From positions 5,918-69,917 of the forward strand of contig JAFZVZ010000006.1 in the NCBI GenBank assembly GCA_017617545.1: 64,000 nucleotides of DNA, in the 5' to 3' direction. This document shows positions 20,100-29,556 of the stretch, one piece after another (the first letter of the stretch is position 1; every line of letters begins with the position of its first letter). The position numbers were made by a program, and so were the translations under genes. The notes under the pieces were generated by a model. That model worked only from the letters and a program-made list of their open reading frames with translations. It was not told the DNA's origin and made no database searches. The DNA is from Lachnospiraceae bacterium (lineage in GTDB: Bacteria; Bacillota; Clostridia; Lachnospirales; Lachnospiraceae).

Positions 20100-20931
20100 G
20101 ACTGAAGCAAGAAGCACAAACCGAAGATCGCTTCTGTCCGGTCCCTACCTCGTGTGGATCATCGGGTTCACGGTACTGCCGCTGATCGTTATTTTCCGAT
20201 TCGCGCTCTCCGACGGTGCCGGGCATGCGACGCTTTCGAATATCACGGCGATCTTCTCGCCGATCCACCGGAAAGCCATGTGGTTTTCCCTTAAAATTGC
20301 CATAGGCTGCACGGTGTTCTGCATTCTGCTGTCCTACCCCATGGTCATGGCGATGAAGCACCTGGGTCTCAGCAAGAAAGGATTTTCCCTGTTCATCATC
20401 ATCCTTCCGATGTGGATGAACTTTATCCTCCGGATCCTCGCGCTGCAGATGATCCTCTCCAACAACGGCATCCTCAACCTCTTCCTGACGAAGCTGGGTT
20501 TTGAGCCGCTGCGCATCGCCAACACGGAGACCGCCGTCATGATCGGCGCGGTATATGATTATCTGCCGTATATGATGCTGCCGATCTACACGGCGATCAT
20601 GGAGATCAACGAGGACGTCATCGAGGCCGCCAAGGACCTCGGCGCCGGCAGTTTTACGGTGTTTCGGAAAATCATCCTCCCGCTCTCCCTTCCCGGGCTT
20701 CTGAGCGGCACCGTGATGGTGTTCGTGCCGTCCATGACATCCTTTGTCATCTCGAACCTCTTAGGAGGCGGCAAGCTGCAACTGATCGGTAACGTCATTG
20801 AGCAGGAGTTCATGACGGGCAACCGCTACGTCGGTTCCGGCCTCTCCGTAGCGCTCATGATCTTCGTCCTCATCAGCATGGCCTTCACGATGCGGCATAA
20901 CACGGAAGGCAAAGAGTCCGTCGTCTGGTAA
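20092..20931 (+). CDS. potB: Spermidine/putrescine ABC transporter permease
   Basis: 6-TM permease with EAA loop IEAAKDLGAGSFTVFRKIILP. Start ATG 20092 overlaps the potA stop. Confidence 0.85.
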   Translation: MNETEARSTNRRSLLSGPYLVWIIGFTVLPLIVIFRFALSDGAGHATLSNITAIFSPIHRKAMWFSLKIAIGCTVFCILLSYPMVMAMKHLGLSKKGFSLFIIILPMWMNFILRILALQMILSNNGILNLFLTKLGFEPLRIANTETAVMIGAVYDYLPYMMLPIYTAIMEINEDVIEAAKDLGAGSFTVFRKIILPLSLPGLLSGTVMVFVPSMTSFVISNLLGGGKLQLIGNVIEQEFMTGNRYVGSGLSVALMIFVLISMAFTMRHNTEGKESVVW

Positions 20932-21017
20932 AAAAACAACTACCTTATAACTTTTCAAGTTGTTTTTTTGCGAATGGTCGGCTACGGCTACGGAAAATAA
21001 AGGAAAGGAGAACAGCC

Positions 21018-21821
21018 TTGAAACGACTGAAAGACATCGCAAGCGGAATCTACATCGGCCTGATCGGCGTTCTTCTGTATGCTCCGATCCTTGTCCTGAT
21101 CGTCCTTTCCTTCAACAATTCCCGCTCGCGCGTTGTGTGGGGCGGATTTACACTCGACTGGTATTCCAAGCTTTTCTCGAACAACCAGATCAAGGAAGCA
21201 CTATTAACCACGGTGATCCTGGCGCTCGCTTCTGCCGTCATCGCCGTGCTGATCGGCGTTCCCGGAGCGATCGGCATCCACGCGCTCCGCAAGCGTCCGT
21301 ATAAAGTCATGATGGGACTCACGAACATTCCCATGCTGAACGCGGATATCGTCACCGGCATTGCTCTGATGCTCTGGTTCGTGCACTTCATTCCGCTTGG
21401 GTTCGGAAGCGTCCTGCTCGCGCACATCACCTTCAACATTCCCTACGTGATCCTGAGTGTGATGCCCCGTGTGCAGCAGATGAACATAGCCACCTACGAG
21501 GCCTCGAGAGACCTCGGCGCCGGTCCGGTCTACAGCTTTTTCAAGATCATGCTGCCGGAACTCGTGCCCGGTATCCTCTCCGGTTTCTTCATGGCATTCA
21601 CCATGTCCATGGACGACTTTGTGATCACGTATTTTACGAAGGGCGCGGGAGTGAATACGCTCTCCACCATGATCTACGGCCAGATCCGCAAGGGTATCAA
21701 GCCGGAAATGTACGCCCTCTCCACTCTGATTTTCCTGGTCGTAAGCGCCATCCTGATCATTGTCAACGCGCTGTCCGACCGTAGGAAAACACCGAAGAAG
21801 AACATAGAAGAAAGGATTTAA
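21018..21821 (+). CDS. potC: Spermidine/putrescine ABC transporter permease
   Basis: EAA loop YEASRDLGAGPVYSFFKIMLP. TTG start with a GGAGAA RBS. Confidence 0.85.
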   Translation: MKRLKDIASGIYIGLIGVLLYAPILVLIVLSFNNSRSRVVWGGFTLDWYSKLFSNNQIKEALLTTVILALASAVIAVLIGVPGAIGIHALRKRPYKVMMGLTNIPMLNADIVTGIALMLWFVHFIPLGFGSVLLAHITFNIPYVILSVMPRVQQMNIATYEASRDLGAGPVYSFFKIMLPELVPGILSGFFMAFTMSMDDFVITYFTKGAGVNTLSTMIYGQIRKGIKPEMYALSTLIFLVVSAILIIVNALSDRRKTPKKNIEERI

Positions 21822-21827
21822 AACCCA

Positions 21828-22895
21828 ATGACCAAGAAGAAATTCCCCAAGATGATCGCCGTAGTGCTCTGCCTGGCAATGACCTTAACGCTCCTGGGCG
21901 GCTGCGGCAAGAAGAAGGATATCATCGGCACCCTCACCATCATCAACTACGCTGAGTATCTGGATCCGGACCTGCTTGAGCAGTTCACCGACGAGACCGG
22001 TATCGAGATCAAGTACGAGGAGGCCCTGACGCCCGAGGAAATGTACACGAAGTACAGCTCCGGTGCGATCAAGTACGACCTCGTCTGCTCCGCCGACTAC
22101 ATGATGAAGAAGATGATCGACGAGGGCGAGTTCCAGAAGATCCCGTGGGATAAGATGGAAAATAAAGGCAACATCGGCCAGAAGTATTACGACTTCTGCA
22201 AGGCATTTGACGCGAACAACGAGTATTGCCTGCCTCACTTCTGGGGCACGATCGGCATCCTCTACGACAAGACGAAGGTGAAGGCTCCCATCGACAGCTG
22301 GGATGTCCTCTTCAACGGCGACTACGCGGGTGAGATCATCATGCAGGACAGCATCCGCGATACGTTCATGATCACTCTCAAGTACCTCGGCTACTCCCTC
22401 AACACGGACAACGAGGACGAGATCCGCGCCGCTCAGCAGCTGCTCATCAAGCAGAAGCCCGACGTGCAGTCGTACCTGGTTGACGAGGTCCGCGACGAGA
22501 TTGTCGCAGGCAACGCCGTCATGGGTGTCATCTACTCCGGAGAGGCTTACCTCGGCAAGGAATCGAACCCGAATCTCGAGTACGTAGTTCCGAAGGAAGG
22601 CTCCAACGTCTGGATCGACTGCTTCGCGATCACGAAGCACTGCGAGAACGTTGAGTACGCAGCCAAGTTCCTTGACTTCCTCTGCCGCGAGGATGTAGCA
22701 AAGACCAACTTTGAGTACATTTATTTTTCGACGCCGAACACGAAGGTAATTGAGAGCCTGAGTGAAGATGAGAAGGAAGATCCGACGCTTGTTCCTCCGG
22801 AATCCTCGATCGAAAACTGCGAGGTTTGCACGCAGACCGACAAGAAGGTTACCGATCTGATGAACGAGCTCTGGAAAGAGTTGAAGTCGAAATAA
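21828..22895 (+). CDS. potD: Spermidine/putrescine-binding lipoprotein
   Basis: Signal peptide with lipobox LLGGC. PotD-like periplasmic binding fold. Last gene of the pot operon. Confidence 0.85.
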   Translation: MTKKKFPKMIAVVLCLAMTLTLLGGCGKKKDIIGTLTIINYAEYLDPDLLEQFTDETGIEIKYEEALTPEEMYTKYSSGAIKYDLVCSADYMMKKMIDEGEFQKIPWDKMENKGNIGQKYYDFCKAFDANNEYCLPHFWGTIGILYDKTKVKAPIDSWDVLFNGDYAGEIIMQDSIRDTFMITLKYLGYSLNTDNEDEIRAAQQLLIKQKPDVQSYLVDEVRDEIVAGNAVMGVIYSGEAYLGKESNPNLEYVVPKEGSNVWIDCFAITKHCENVEYAAKFLDFLCREDVAKTNFEYIYFSTPNTKVIESLSEDEKEDPTLVPPESSIENCEVCTQTDKKVTDLMNELWKELKSK

Positions 22896-23011
22896 CGGAA
22901 CCTCAGTTTCACAGGTTCCTTGCTTCGGGGAAACGTTGCGCATGCTTCGTTTCCCCGAAATGTCATACCGGATATAACGAAACCCCTTCTTACCGAAGAA
23001 AGGAGTAGTGT

Positions 23012-25249
23012 ATGAAGTACAATGTCATCACCGGCGACACGATGAAGGAGAGCCTGATCGACCGCATCTTCGCCCTTGACATGAAGGTGTACGGCGCGAT
23101 CGACGAGAGCTTCGTCGGGACCAAGCAGAACATGATCGACCGTTTTCGCCATAACCCCAGGACCTTTGTGTGCCTGACGCACGGTGATAAGCTGGTCGGC
23201 TACGTCAACTTCTTCCCCGTGAAGGACCGCCTCTTCGACCAGATCCTCGGCCCCGTGAAGTTTGTGCCGGGCGACACCGAGGACGTGAGCGACGGTCATT
23301 ATGAGGAGCTTACGGATCCGCAGGAGATCCTCGCCCACTACAACCGTTACCGTGATGAGGGTGAGGCAGCCTCCGATCTGAACGAGGTCATCGAATACTA
23401 CAACACGTGCCGCGACGACGACATCGCACCCGACGAGATCCTGAAGGAATACTCGCGCAAGCGGGAGGAGAACAATCTGTTCATCATCTCCATCGTCATC
23501 GATCCGGACTTCCGCGGACGCGAGGCGAGCACGCAGCTTGCCGACGCCTTCATCGACTACCTGAACAAACTGGAGGAGCAGGGAACGCCGATCAACTCCC
23601 TCTCCGCTGTCTGCATTTCCCCCGACGGTGAAAAATTCCTGCGCGGCTTAAACTTCTACCGCCACAGACTTCTTCCCGCAGCCGAGGAGACGGCGTACCA
23701 CGAGCGCGTGTATCTCTGTTGGGGGCACTATCTCAACCGCCTTTTGGAAAAGCGGATGTACCACAAAACCTTCCGCGACGACATATACCTCTTCGTTCCG
23801 TTCGCGGATAATCCGGAAAATGACAAGCTCGACGCGTTACTCAACAACCATTCGGACAACTATCATTTTTCGAAGACCGACGATCCGATCTATGTCAACG
23901 AGACGTCGGAGGTTCCGCGCAAGACGAAGCGTCTTCTCGGCAACCTGGACAGCTGCCTCGAATACGAGTACGAGGGCTTCCGGAACAACGAGCTTGACCG
24001 CGTGTACCTCGGTCGTTGCCTCTTCCGCCACACGACGGACCGCTATGAGAACGAGACCGTCGGCGAGGAGTACGCGGATCTTCTGCTGCTCTCCTACCGG
24101 AGCGCGCACATGTACGTCCTCGTGTTCTACCTGCCCAACTGCCGCTATTCCTCATCCATGGTCGGTGACCAGCTCAGCCAGATGAAGCTCGAGGCGCGGT
24201 ACGGCGGGCCGGATACATACGGTTTCACGCATTACAGAAATATCATCTCCTACCTTGAGGACAAATACGGTCTTGTCCGCTGCGGCAGGGGCAAAGCATT
24301 TTACTGCATGGACAAGCTCCCCCGCAAACAGGTCGGCGGCGTTACGCCGGACACAGATGCCGATACGACGAGCGGGTTCAGCCAGGAGTTTCTCAACATT
24401 CTCTCCGGCGAGACCTATTTCAGCATCCACCAGGACTTCTACATCCGGGGATGCGCGAAGCTCACGGAGCAGTGCACGACCAACCGCGCCATCTACGATT
24501 ACTATCAGGCGTACATGTCGGAGGTCAGCCTCGTGATGGTGCTGAACACCTACGAGGACGACGGCGATGACCACATCGAGGCCGCGGGCGCGGACATCAG
24601 CCGCTACCGCAACACCGGCGACAACAACGACCTCGGGTTCCAGAAGCTTGAGGATGTGGCTACCTACGTATTTATCGTCGAGCTGATCCTTCTGCAGAAC
24701 ACGGCTCTCGCCAAGCTCAGCCAGAAGGTCGGGCTTGCGCTCGAGCGCGAGGGAAATGTCTCCTACGAGTACATCAATCAGGTGTACCGCGACTACGGCC
24801 GCACGCTGAAGCTCTGGGATTCCAAGAACTTCAAGTACGTCGGCACAAGCATGGAGGCGGAGCAGATCCGCGATGCTTTGGAAAATGATGAGCTCCGCAC
24901 CCGCTACCAGGAGGAGCAGGAGTTCCTGGAGCGCGTCGTCGATGTCAACTCCGCGAGCGACGAGCGCCGAAACGGATGGATCCTCGGCATCGTCGGTACG
25001 ATCCTCGCCCTTGTTCAGCTCAAGGACTACATCGTCTCGATCATTGCCGTGTTCTTCACGGGACTCGGAAACCTGACGAGACACCCTGAGAGCATCATCG
25101 CGGATGAGAGCACCTTCGACAATGTCTTCAACATCATTGTCTGGGGCGGCCTTGCCCTGTTCACGATCATCTGCATCTGCAACCGGAACCGCAAACGATA
25201 CGAACGGAAGCGAAATCTTCACTCCCGGGAGAGGAGGGATGACGAATGA
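23012..25249 (+). CDS. Hypothetical 745-aa protein: split GNAT-like N-domain, unknown central region, coiled-coil and 2 C-terminal TM helices
   Basis: GNAT-like beta strands (FVCLTHGDKLVGYVNFFPV ... LFIISIVIDPDFRGREASTQLADAFIDYL) interrupted by an acidic insert. C-terminus has GWILGIVGTILALVQL and VFNIIVWGGLALFTIICICN. Good RBS (GAAAGGAG). Confidence 0.7.
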   Translation: MKYNVITGDTMKESLIDRIFALDMKVYGAIDESFVGTKQNMIDRFRHNPRTFVCLTHGDKLVGYVNFFPVKDRLFDQILGPVKFVPGDTEDVSDGHYEELTDPQEILAHYNRYRDEGEAASDLNEVIEYYNTCRDDDIAPDEILKEYSRKREENNLFIISIVIDPDFRGREASTQLADAFIDYLNKLEEQGTPINSLSAVCISPDGEKFLRGLNFYRHRLLPAAEETAYHERVYLCWGHYLNRLLEKRMYHKTFRDDIYLFVPFADNPENDKLDALLNNHSDNYHFSKTDDPIYVNETSEVPRKTKRLLGNLDSCLEYEYEGFRNNELDRVYLGRCLFRHTTDRYENETVGEEYADLLLLSYRSAHMYVLVFYLPNCRYSSSMVGDQLSQMKLEARYGGPDTYGFTHYRNIISYLEDKYGLVRCGRGKAFYCMDKLPRKQVGGVTPDTDADTTSGFSQEFLNILSGETYFSIHQDFYIRGCAKLTEQCTTNRAIYDYYQAYMSEVSLVMVLNTYEDDGDDHIEAAGADISRYRNTGDNNDLGFQKLEDVATYVFIVELILLQNTALAKLSQKVGLALEREGNVSYEYINQVYRDYGRTLKLWDSKNFKYVGTSMEAEQIRDALENDELRTRYQEEQEFLERVVDVNSASDERRNGWILGIVGTILALVQLKDYIVSIIAVFFTGLGNLTRHPESIIADESTFDNVFNIIVWGGLALFTIICICNRNRKRYERKRNLHSRERRDDE

Positions 25250-25962
25250 GCGACAGAAAAATGACGGCACCCCTTTCGGAGCGCGCCCTCTGGGGACGCA
25301 AACCGGTCTGGATCGCGATCCTGCTCGGCCTCAGCCTGCTGTTCTCCTACTTCATCCTGATCCATTTTGCGGAGGGCGGAGATGTCACCTGGTTCAGTCT
25401 GTTCTTCCTGTATCTGATCGGATACTTCTACGGCGGACGGACGGGCCTTGCCTGCGCGCTTTTGTTCAGTGTCCTGAAGTTCTTCGGCGACCTCGCGTTC
25501 GGGCTGGTCGACACAAACCACATGACTGCCGAGATCCTCGACTACCTGTTCAGCTACACGCTGATCGGCGTCGGCGGCTTCTTCTGTCAGGTGAAAGACA
25601 GTAAAAAAGCTTCCTCGGACAGAACAGATACTGCGGAAAATCCTTCCTCCGGCAACAGCCTCGAGGAGGAATACCGTGTCGGCACCTGGCCTGAGCACAT
25701 CCGCCTGTGCGGCGGCTACTTTGTAGCGATGCTTCTCCGCTTTATCAGCAGCGTCGTAAACTTCGTCGTCTTCTACTACCGCGACGAGCGAAGCTTCTTC
25801 GGCAACCTGAGTGAAGCGCTGTTCTACTGCATCGGCTACATCGGCATCGAGATGGTGTTCACCATTCTCTTTCTGCTCGTGCTCCCGTGGGCTCGCAATT
25901 CCGCGGAGTACTGCAAGTTCGTGGCGACACACAAGTACAGCATAGACTACAGACAGTATTAA
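25246..25962 (+). CDS. Polytopic membrane protein, ECF-transporter S-component/ThiT-like
   Basis: About 6 TMs. Pattern ...YFYGGRTGLACALLFSVLKFFGDLAFG...LDYLFSYTLIGVGGFF...LRFISSVVNFVVFYY resembles ThiT-type substrate-capture proteins. ATGA overlap with the 745-aa gene. Confidence 0.35.
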   Translation: MSDRKMTAPLSERALWGRKPVWIAILLGLSLLFSYFILIHFAEGGDVTWFSLFFLYLIGYFYGGRTGLACALLFSVLKFFGDLAFGLVDTNHMTAEILDYLFSYTLIGVGGFFCQVKDSKKASSDRTDTAENPSSGNSLEEEYRVGTWPEHIRLCGGYFVAMLLRFISSVVNFVVFYYRDERSFFGNLSEALFYCIGYIGIEMVFTILFLLVLPWARNSAEYCKFVATHKYSIDYRQY

Positions 25963-26011
25963 CGAAATGCATCAGCAACTGACGCTTTCGCGTCGATGAA
26001 TCCAAAAAACT

Positions 26012-26038
26012 ACGGGCCCCGAGATGATCGGGGCCCGT
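26012..26038. terminator. Bidirectional intrinsic terminator between convergent genes
   Basis: Perfect 11-bp stem acgggccccga / tcggggcccgt with a 5-nt loop. A-run upstream (a T-run on the minus strand) and a T-rich stretch downstream. Confidence 0.6.
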
Positions 26039-26078
26039 TCGTTGTCTTTCAATATCAGTTGTTTTCTATAGCTGACAA

Positions 26079-27311
26079 TCAGATCCTCGCCAGCAGTTCC
26101 GCCTTCTTCGCGTCGAAGTCTTCCTGCGTGATGGCTCCCTTGTCGCGGAGCGTCGCAAGCTTCTCGATCGTCGCGAACACCTCGTCCATCGTCATCGGCG
26201 CGGGCGTTGCAGGCGCGGGCGCCGCCTCCTGTGCGGCAGGCTTGCTCTCTGCCGGAGCTGCGTCACCGGCTGCTTCCTTCTTATCGCCATCCGCGGGTTT
26301 GCCGTCAGCCGGAGCGCCTCCGACCGGCACGGAACCTGCGTTGTTGTCGCTGTCACCGAAGCTGATCGGGATCGCGGTGTCACCCTTCTCGTCGGCGGGT
26401 GCGGGAGCATTTTCCGCGCTCTTCGCGCTCGCGTCGCCGGTTGTCCCGGGCATAGGGCCCCAGCCGCCGTCCGCGGCCACATCGCCGGTTGCCGCAGGTG
26501 CGTTGTCGTCCTCGAACATCGCCTCGGCCTCCGCCTTCGCGACGAGATCCTCGAGCGCCAGGTAATCCTTCATCGCATAGCTGTCGCTGTAGCGGAACGC
26601 GGCAGTGCTGAGCACGTCGTAGAGCTTCTTGCCCATCGGGCGCATCGCGAAAAATGTCATTCCGCCGGAGAAGAAGCCTCCGATCACGGGGATCAGTTTC
26701 GCCACACCCTTCGATGCGGTGTCCGTCGTCAGGCGAAGCGTCAGCTCCTTGCTGATCTTCTTCACGATCGGATCCCAGAACGCGCGCGTCGTTGCTCTCT
26801 GCGGAGTGCCGCCGACCGCACGCATCGCGAGATGCGAGGACAGAAGCCGTGTTGCCGCTGACGAGCCCTCCACGCCGAACATTGCGCCGAGCGAGCAGAT
26901 GAGCTGGTATCTCACCAGCGTGCCGTCCTCGCCCTCACAGGCCCAGAAATCCTTGGCTCCGTACAGATACGCAAGCTCCTGCGCCATCCGAAGCGACATC
27001 GCGAAGAACTGCAGCGTGTCGGCAGGGATCGTCGCGGCGATCGCCAGTCCGCCCGGAATTCCCGCGGCAAATGACATCGCCGAGGATTCCGACGTGCGAC
27101 GGAGGATCAGTTTCTCCGCCATGTCATCCAACTCAATATCCGAATAGTCGCACGCTACCGGTCCTTCCTCCACGATCTGGCGGACCAGAATGCCTTCCTT
27201 GGCAAACGCGCCCTTCAAAAACTCCTCGCGATCAACCTTCACCTTCGGAATCCGAAGTGCCTGCTCGATCAAATACTCCAGGGAAATCTTCCCGCTGATA
27301 CCTCCTGCCAT
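26079..27311 (-). CDS. EcsC-family-like protein with long P/A/G/D-rich linker and C-terminal SHOCT domain
   Basis: AGIPGGLAIAATIPADTLQFFAMSLRMAQELAYLYG and KLIPVIGGFFSGGMTFFAM resemble EcsC. The C-terminus MDEVFATIEKLATLRDKGAITQEDFDAKKAELLARI matches the SHOCT consensus. Confidence 0.6.
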   Translation of the reverse strand: MAGGISGKISLEYLIEQALRIPKVKVDREEFLKGAFAKEGILVRQIVEEGPVACDYSDIELDDMAEKLILRRTSESSAMSFAAGIPGGLAIAATIPADTLQFFAMSLRMAQELAYLYGAKDFWACEGEDGTLVRYQLICSLGAMFGVEGSSAATRLLSSHLAMRAVGGTPQRATTRAFWDPIVKKISKELTLRLTTDTASKGVAKLIPVIGGFFSGGMTFFAMRPMGKKLYDVLSTAAFRYSDSYAMKDYLALEDLVAKAEAEAMFEDDNAPAATGDVAADGGWGPMPGTTGDASAKSAENAPAPADEKGDTAIPISFGDSDNNAGSVPVGGAPADGKPADGDKKEAAGDAAPAESKPAAQEAAPAPATPAPMTMDEVFATIEKLATLRDKGAITQEDFDAKKAELLARI

Positions 27312-27380
27312 TTGTAATCCCTCCTGTTACCGTTTTGTCTTTCCCCACATACCGCCGCGCCGCGACGGTTTACTTCTTAA

Positions 27381-29078
27381 TCAGTCGATATTGTCCTCCG
27401 GCGGAATGACCGGTTCCTCCGGGATAATGTTGCCGTCCGCGTCATACGAGACGGATTCGAGCGGTTCTCCATCCTTGTCATAGGTCTTCTTCATGGCCTT
27501 GACGAGGTCTCCGGAGACATCATAAATGTAATCGTATGTCTCGATGAGATTGTCATCCTTGTCGCGCGTCTCCGTGCGTTCGATGCGGTCCTCCTCATCG
27601 TAGTTGTATGTCGTGTAACGGATCCTCTTGCCCGAGTAGTCCTTGATCTCCTCAGAAAGAACTTTGCCGTGGCTCAGATCCTGCACGCGAATGTAGTCCG
27701 GATACGTCCTCTCGACACGGTACGGTTCCCCGTCCGCAAGCATCGCGTCCTCCACCCACAGAAGCTCACCCTCCGATGTCTCCGCGCGGCTTCTGCGCCG
27801 GTGCTCGCTGATATTGTAGGACCGAAGCAGATACCTCGGGTGGTCCGGATCGTCGATCACCGTGCGGACATCGATCTCGCTGTCCGGCTCGGGAACAGCG
27901 CTCTCCATGCTCATGTGCAGTTCAGGATTTTCCCATCGGAAAATGCGTTCCGTCACGGTACCCTTGATGCTCTCCTTGCCGTTTTCGTCCTCAGCCAGGT
28001 AACTGCAGACGATGGTGTCCATATACAGCGTGCCGAAGCTGCTTGTCGCAAGGATTGCCGTGTTGATGCTCTGCTCCCACTCGCGGTTGGCGATCGTCAT
28101 GTTGCTCTCCGCCTCCACGATGCGGTCCCACAGGGAAAATGACGTGTTCGTCACGCCGTAGACCTCCGTAGGCATCGTCTCAGGAGCGCCACGGTACAGA
28201 ACGATCATGTCGTCGCGGTCCTCCGGCGACCTCGGATTGCGCGCCTCCAAACAGTCGATGCGCTCGCCGTCGCGGAATCTGCTGAACTGCCATTGCAGCC
28301 GGTGCGTCAGGCGGTCATAGCAGGAGGTCTGCTGATCCATCACCTCGATATACACGTTCTCGAGGCGTCCGTCATCCGCTACATAATAGGTCCGGCTGTA
28401 ATCTGTCTCCGCGATGTCCGTCGTCGCCAGAAGGCACTGCACCTTCCGGTCCTTCAGGAGAAACGCCGCGAGGATGCTCCCGTTCTGCGTAATGCGGGCC
28501 TCATCGCTTCGAAGGTACAGGACAATTTTATCCGTGTCTCTCTCGATGGGAACCGATACCACGACGGGATTGTCATCCCTCTTCAGTGTATTTCCGTTAA
28601 AATAGTTGTAGTACTCCGTCGTCTCGTCCTTGACCGCGCCAAGCTGCTCAAACACCGAAATGCCGGAGAAGCGGAATTTTACGGCGGTGCATACGCTGGG
28701 GATCTCGTAGACTGCCTCCCAGGTGCCGTCCGTCACCTCCAGCTTGTAGTCCGAAAGCCTCGTGTAATCACGCTGCTGAAAATCGACCTCAAGGATGCCG
28801 TCGTAGGTCAGCGCCTGCGTGGTCCGGTCACCGAGGATAAACTCCTCCTTCACCGTGGCCTCCGTCTTGGGGGCGGAAGGTGTCGGTGTCGGCTCGTCCG
28901 TAGGTGTCGGCGACATCACGCGCAGAAAACGGTCAGGATCGCTCGGAAGCGCGTTCGTCGGCGTCGGGGCATACTCCACAGGCGCCGTCTGAGGCTCATC
29001 ATCCATGCCGAAATACAGCACGGACGCAAGCACGACGACACCGAAGACAATTCCCGCTATCCAGAGTCGATTCTTCAC
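27381..29078 (-). CDS. Signal-anchored extracytoplasmic protein with P/T linker and degenerate C-terminal YD-like repeats
   Basis: GTG start with a GGAGAG RBS. N-terminal TM LWIAGIVFGVVVLASVLYF, then a PTPT-rich linker. C-terminus YTTYNYDEEDRIERTE...ETYDYIYDVSGDLV...TYDKDGEPLESVSYDADGNII. Confidence 0.6.
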   Translation of the reverse strand: MKNRLWIAGIVFGVVVLASVLYFGMDDEPQTAPVEYAPTPTNALPSDPDRFLRVMSPTPTDEPTPTPSAPKTEATVKEEFILGDRTTQALTYDGILEVDFQQRDYTRLSDYKLEVTDGTWEAVYEIPSVCTAVKFRFSGISVFEQLGAVKDETTEYYNYFNGNTLKRDDNPVVVSVPIERDTDKIVLYLRSDEARITQNGSILAAFLLKDRKVQCLLATTDIAETDYSRTYYVADDGRLENVYIEVMDQQTSCYDRLTHRLQWQFSRFRDGERIDCLEARNPRSPEDRDDMIVLYRGAPETMPTEVYGVTNTSFSLWDRIVEAESNMTIANREWEQSINTAILATSSFGTLYMDTIVCSYLAEDENGKESIKGTVTERIFRWENPELHMSMESAVPEPDSEIDVRTVIDDPDHPRYLLRSYNISEHRRRSRAETSEGELLWVEDAMLADGEPYRVERTYPDYIRVQDLSHGKVLSEEIKDYSGKRIRYTTYNYDEEDRIERTETRDKDDNLIETYDYIYDVSGDLVKAMKKTYDKDGEPLESVSYDADGNIIPEEPVIPPEDNID

Positions 29079-29096
29079 GTTTTCTCTCCGTATAAA

Positions 29097-29555
29097 CTAC
29101 TTGTTGAACCGGGTGATGTTATCCTCGTTCAACGTAAAATCATAATAATTCAGGTCCTTGCGGAACGTCCAGCCGGCGCCCTGCCAGAAGTGGTTGCCGA
29201 GCGTGTTCGTCTTGAACGCGATCAGGTTGACCTTGTTGATGTGCTCCTTCTGCAGAGCTACCATACAAGCCACTGCCATCGTCTTGCCGATGCCGCGCTT
29301 GCGGAAGCCCTCCTTCACGCACACGTGGTAGAAGCAGCCGCGGCGTCCGTCATGGCCGCACAGGATCGCTCCCACGATCTTTCCGTTCACAAGCGCGACA
29401 ACGCTCGTCGTCGGATTTCTCTTCAAAAACCGATCCACACCCTCACGCGAGTCGTCGATTGAACGGATGCCGAACCCGTGGATACTGCTCCACAGGCTGA
29501 ACACCTCGTCGTAATCGTCGATCGTCATCGTGCGGATCACACATTCATCTGCCAT
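29097..29555 (-). CDS. GNAT-family N-acetyltransferase
   Basis: 152 aa. Acetyl-CoA motif A HVCVKEGFRKRGIGKTM. Start lies 1 nt after the upstream stop. Confidence 0.85.
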   Translation of the reverse strand: MADECVIRTMTIDDYDEVFSLWSSIHGFGIRSIDDSREGVDRFLKRNPTTSVVALVNGKIVGAILCGHDGRRGCFYHVCVKEGFRKRGIGKTMAVACMVALQKEHINKVNLIAFKTNTLGNHFWQGAGWTFRKDLNYYDFTLNEDNITRFNK

Positions 29556-29556
29556 A

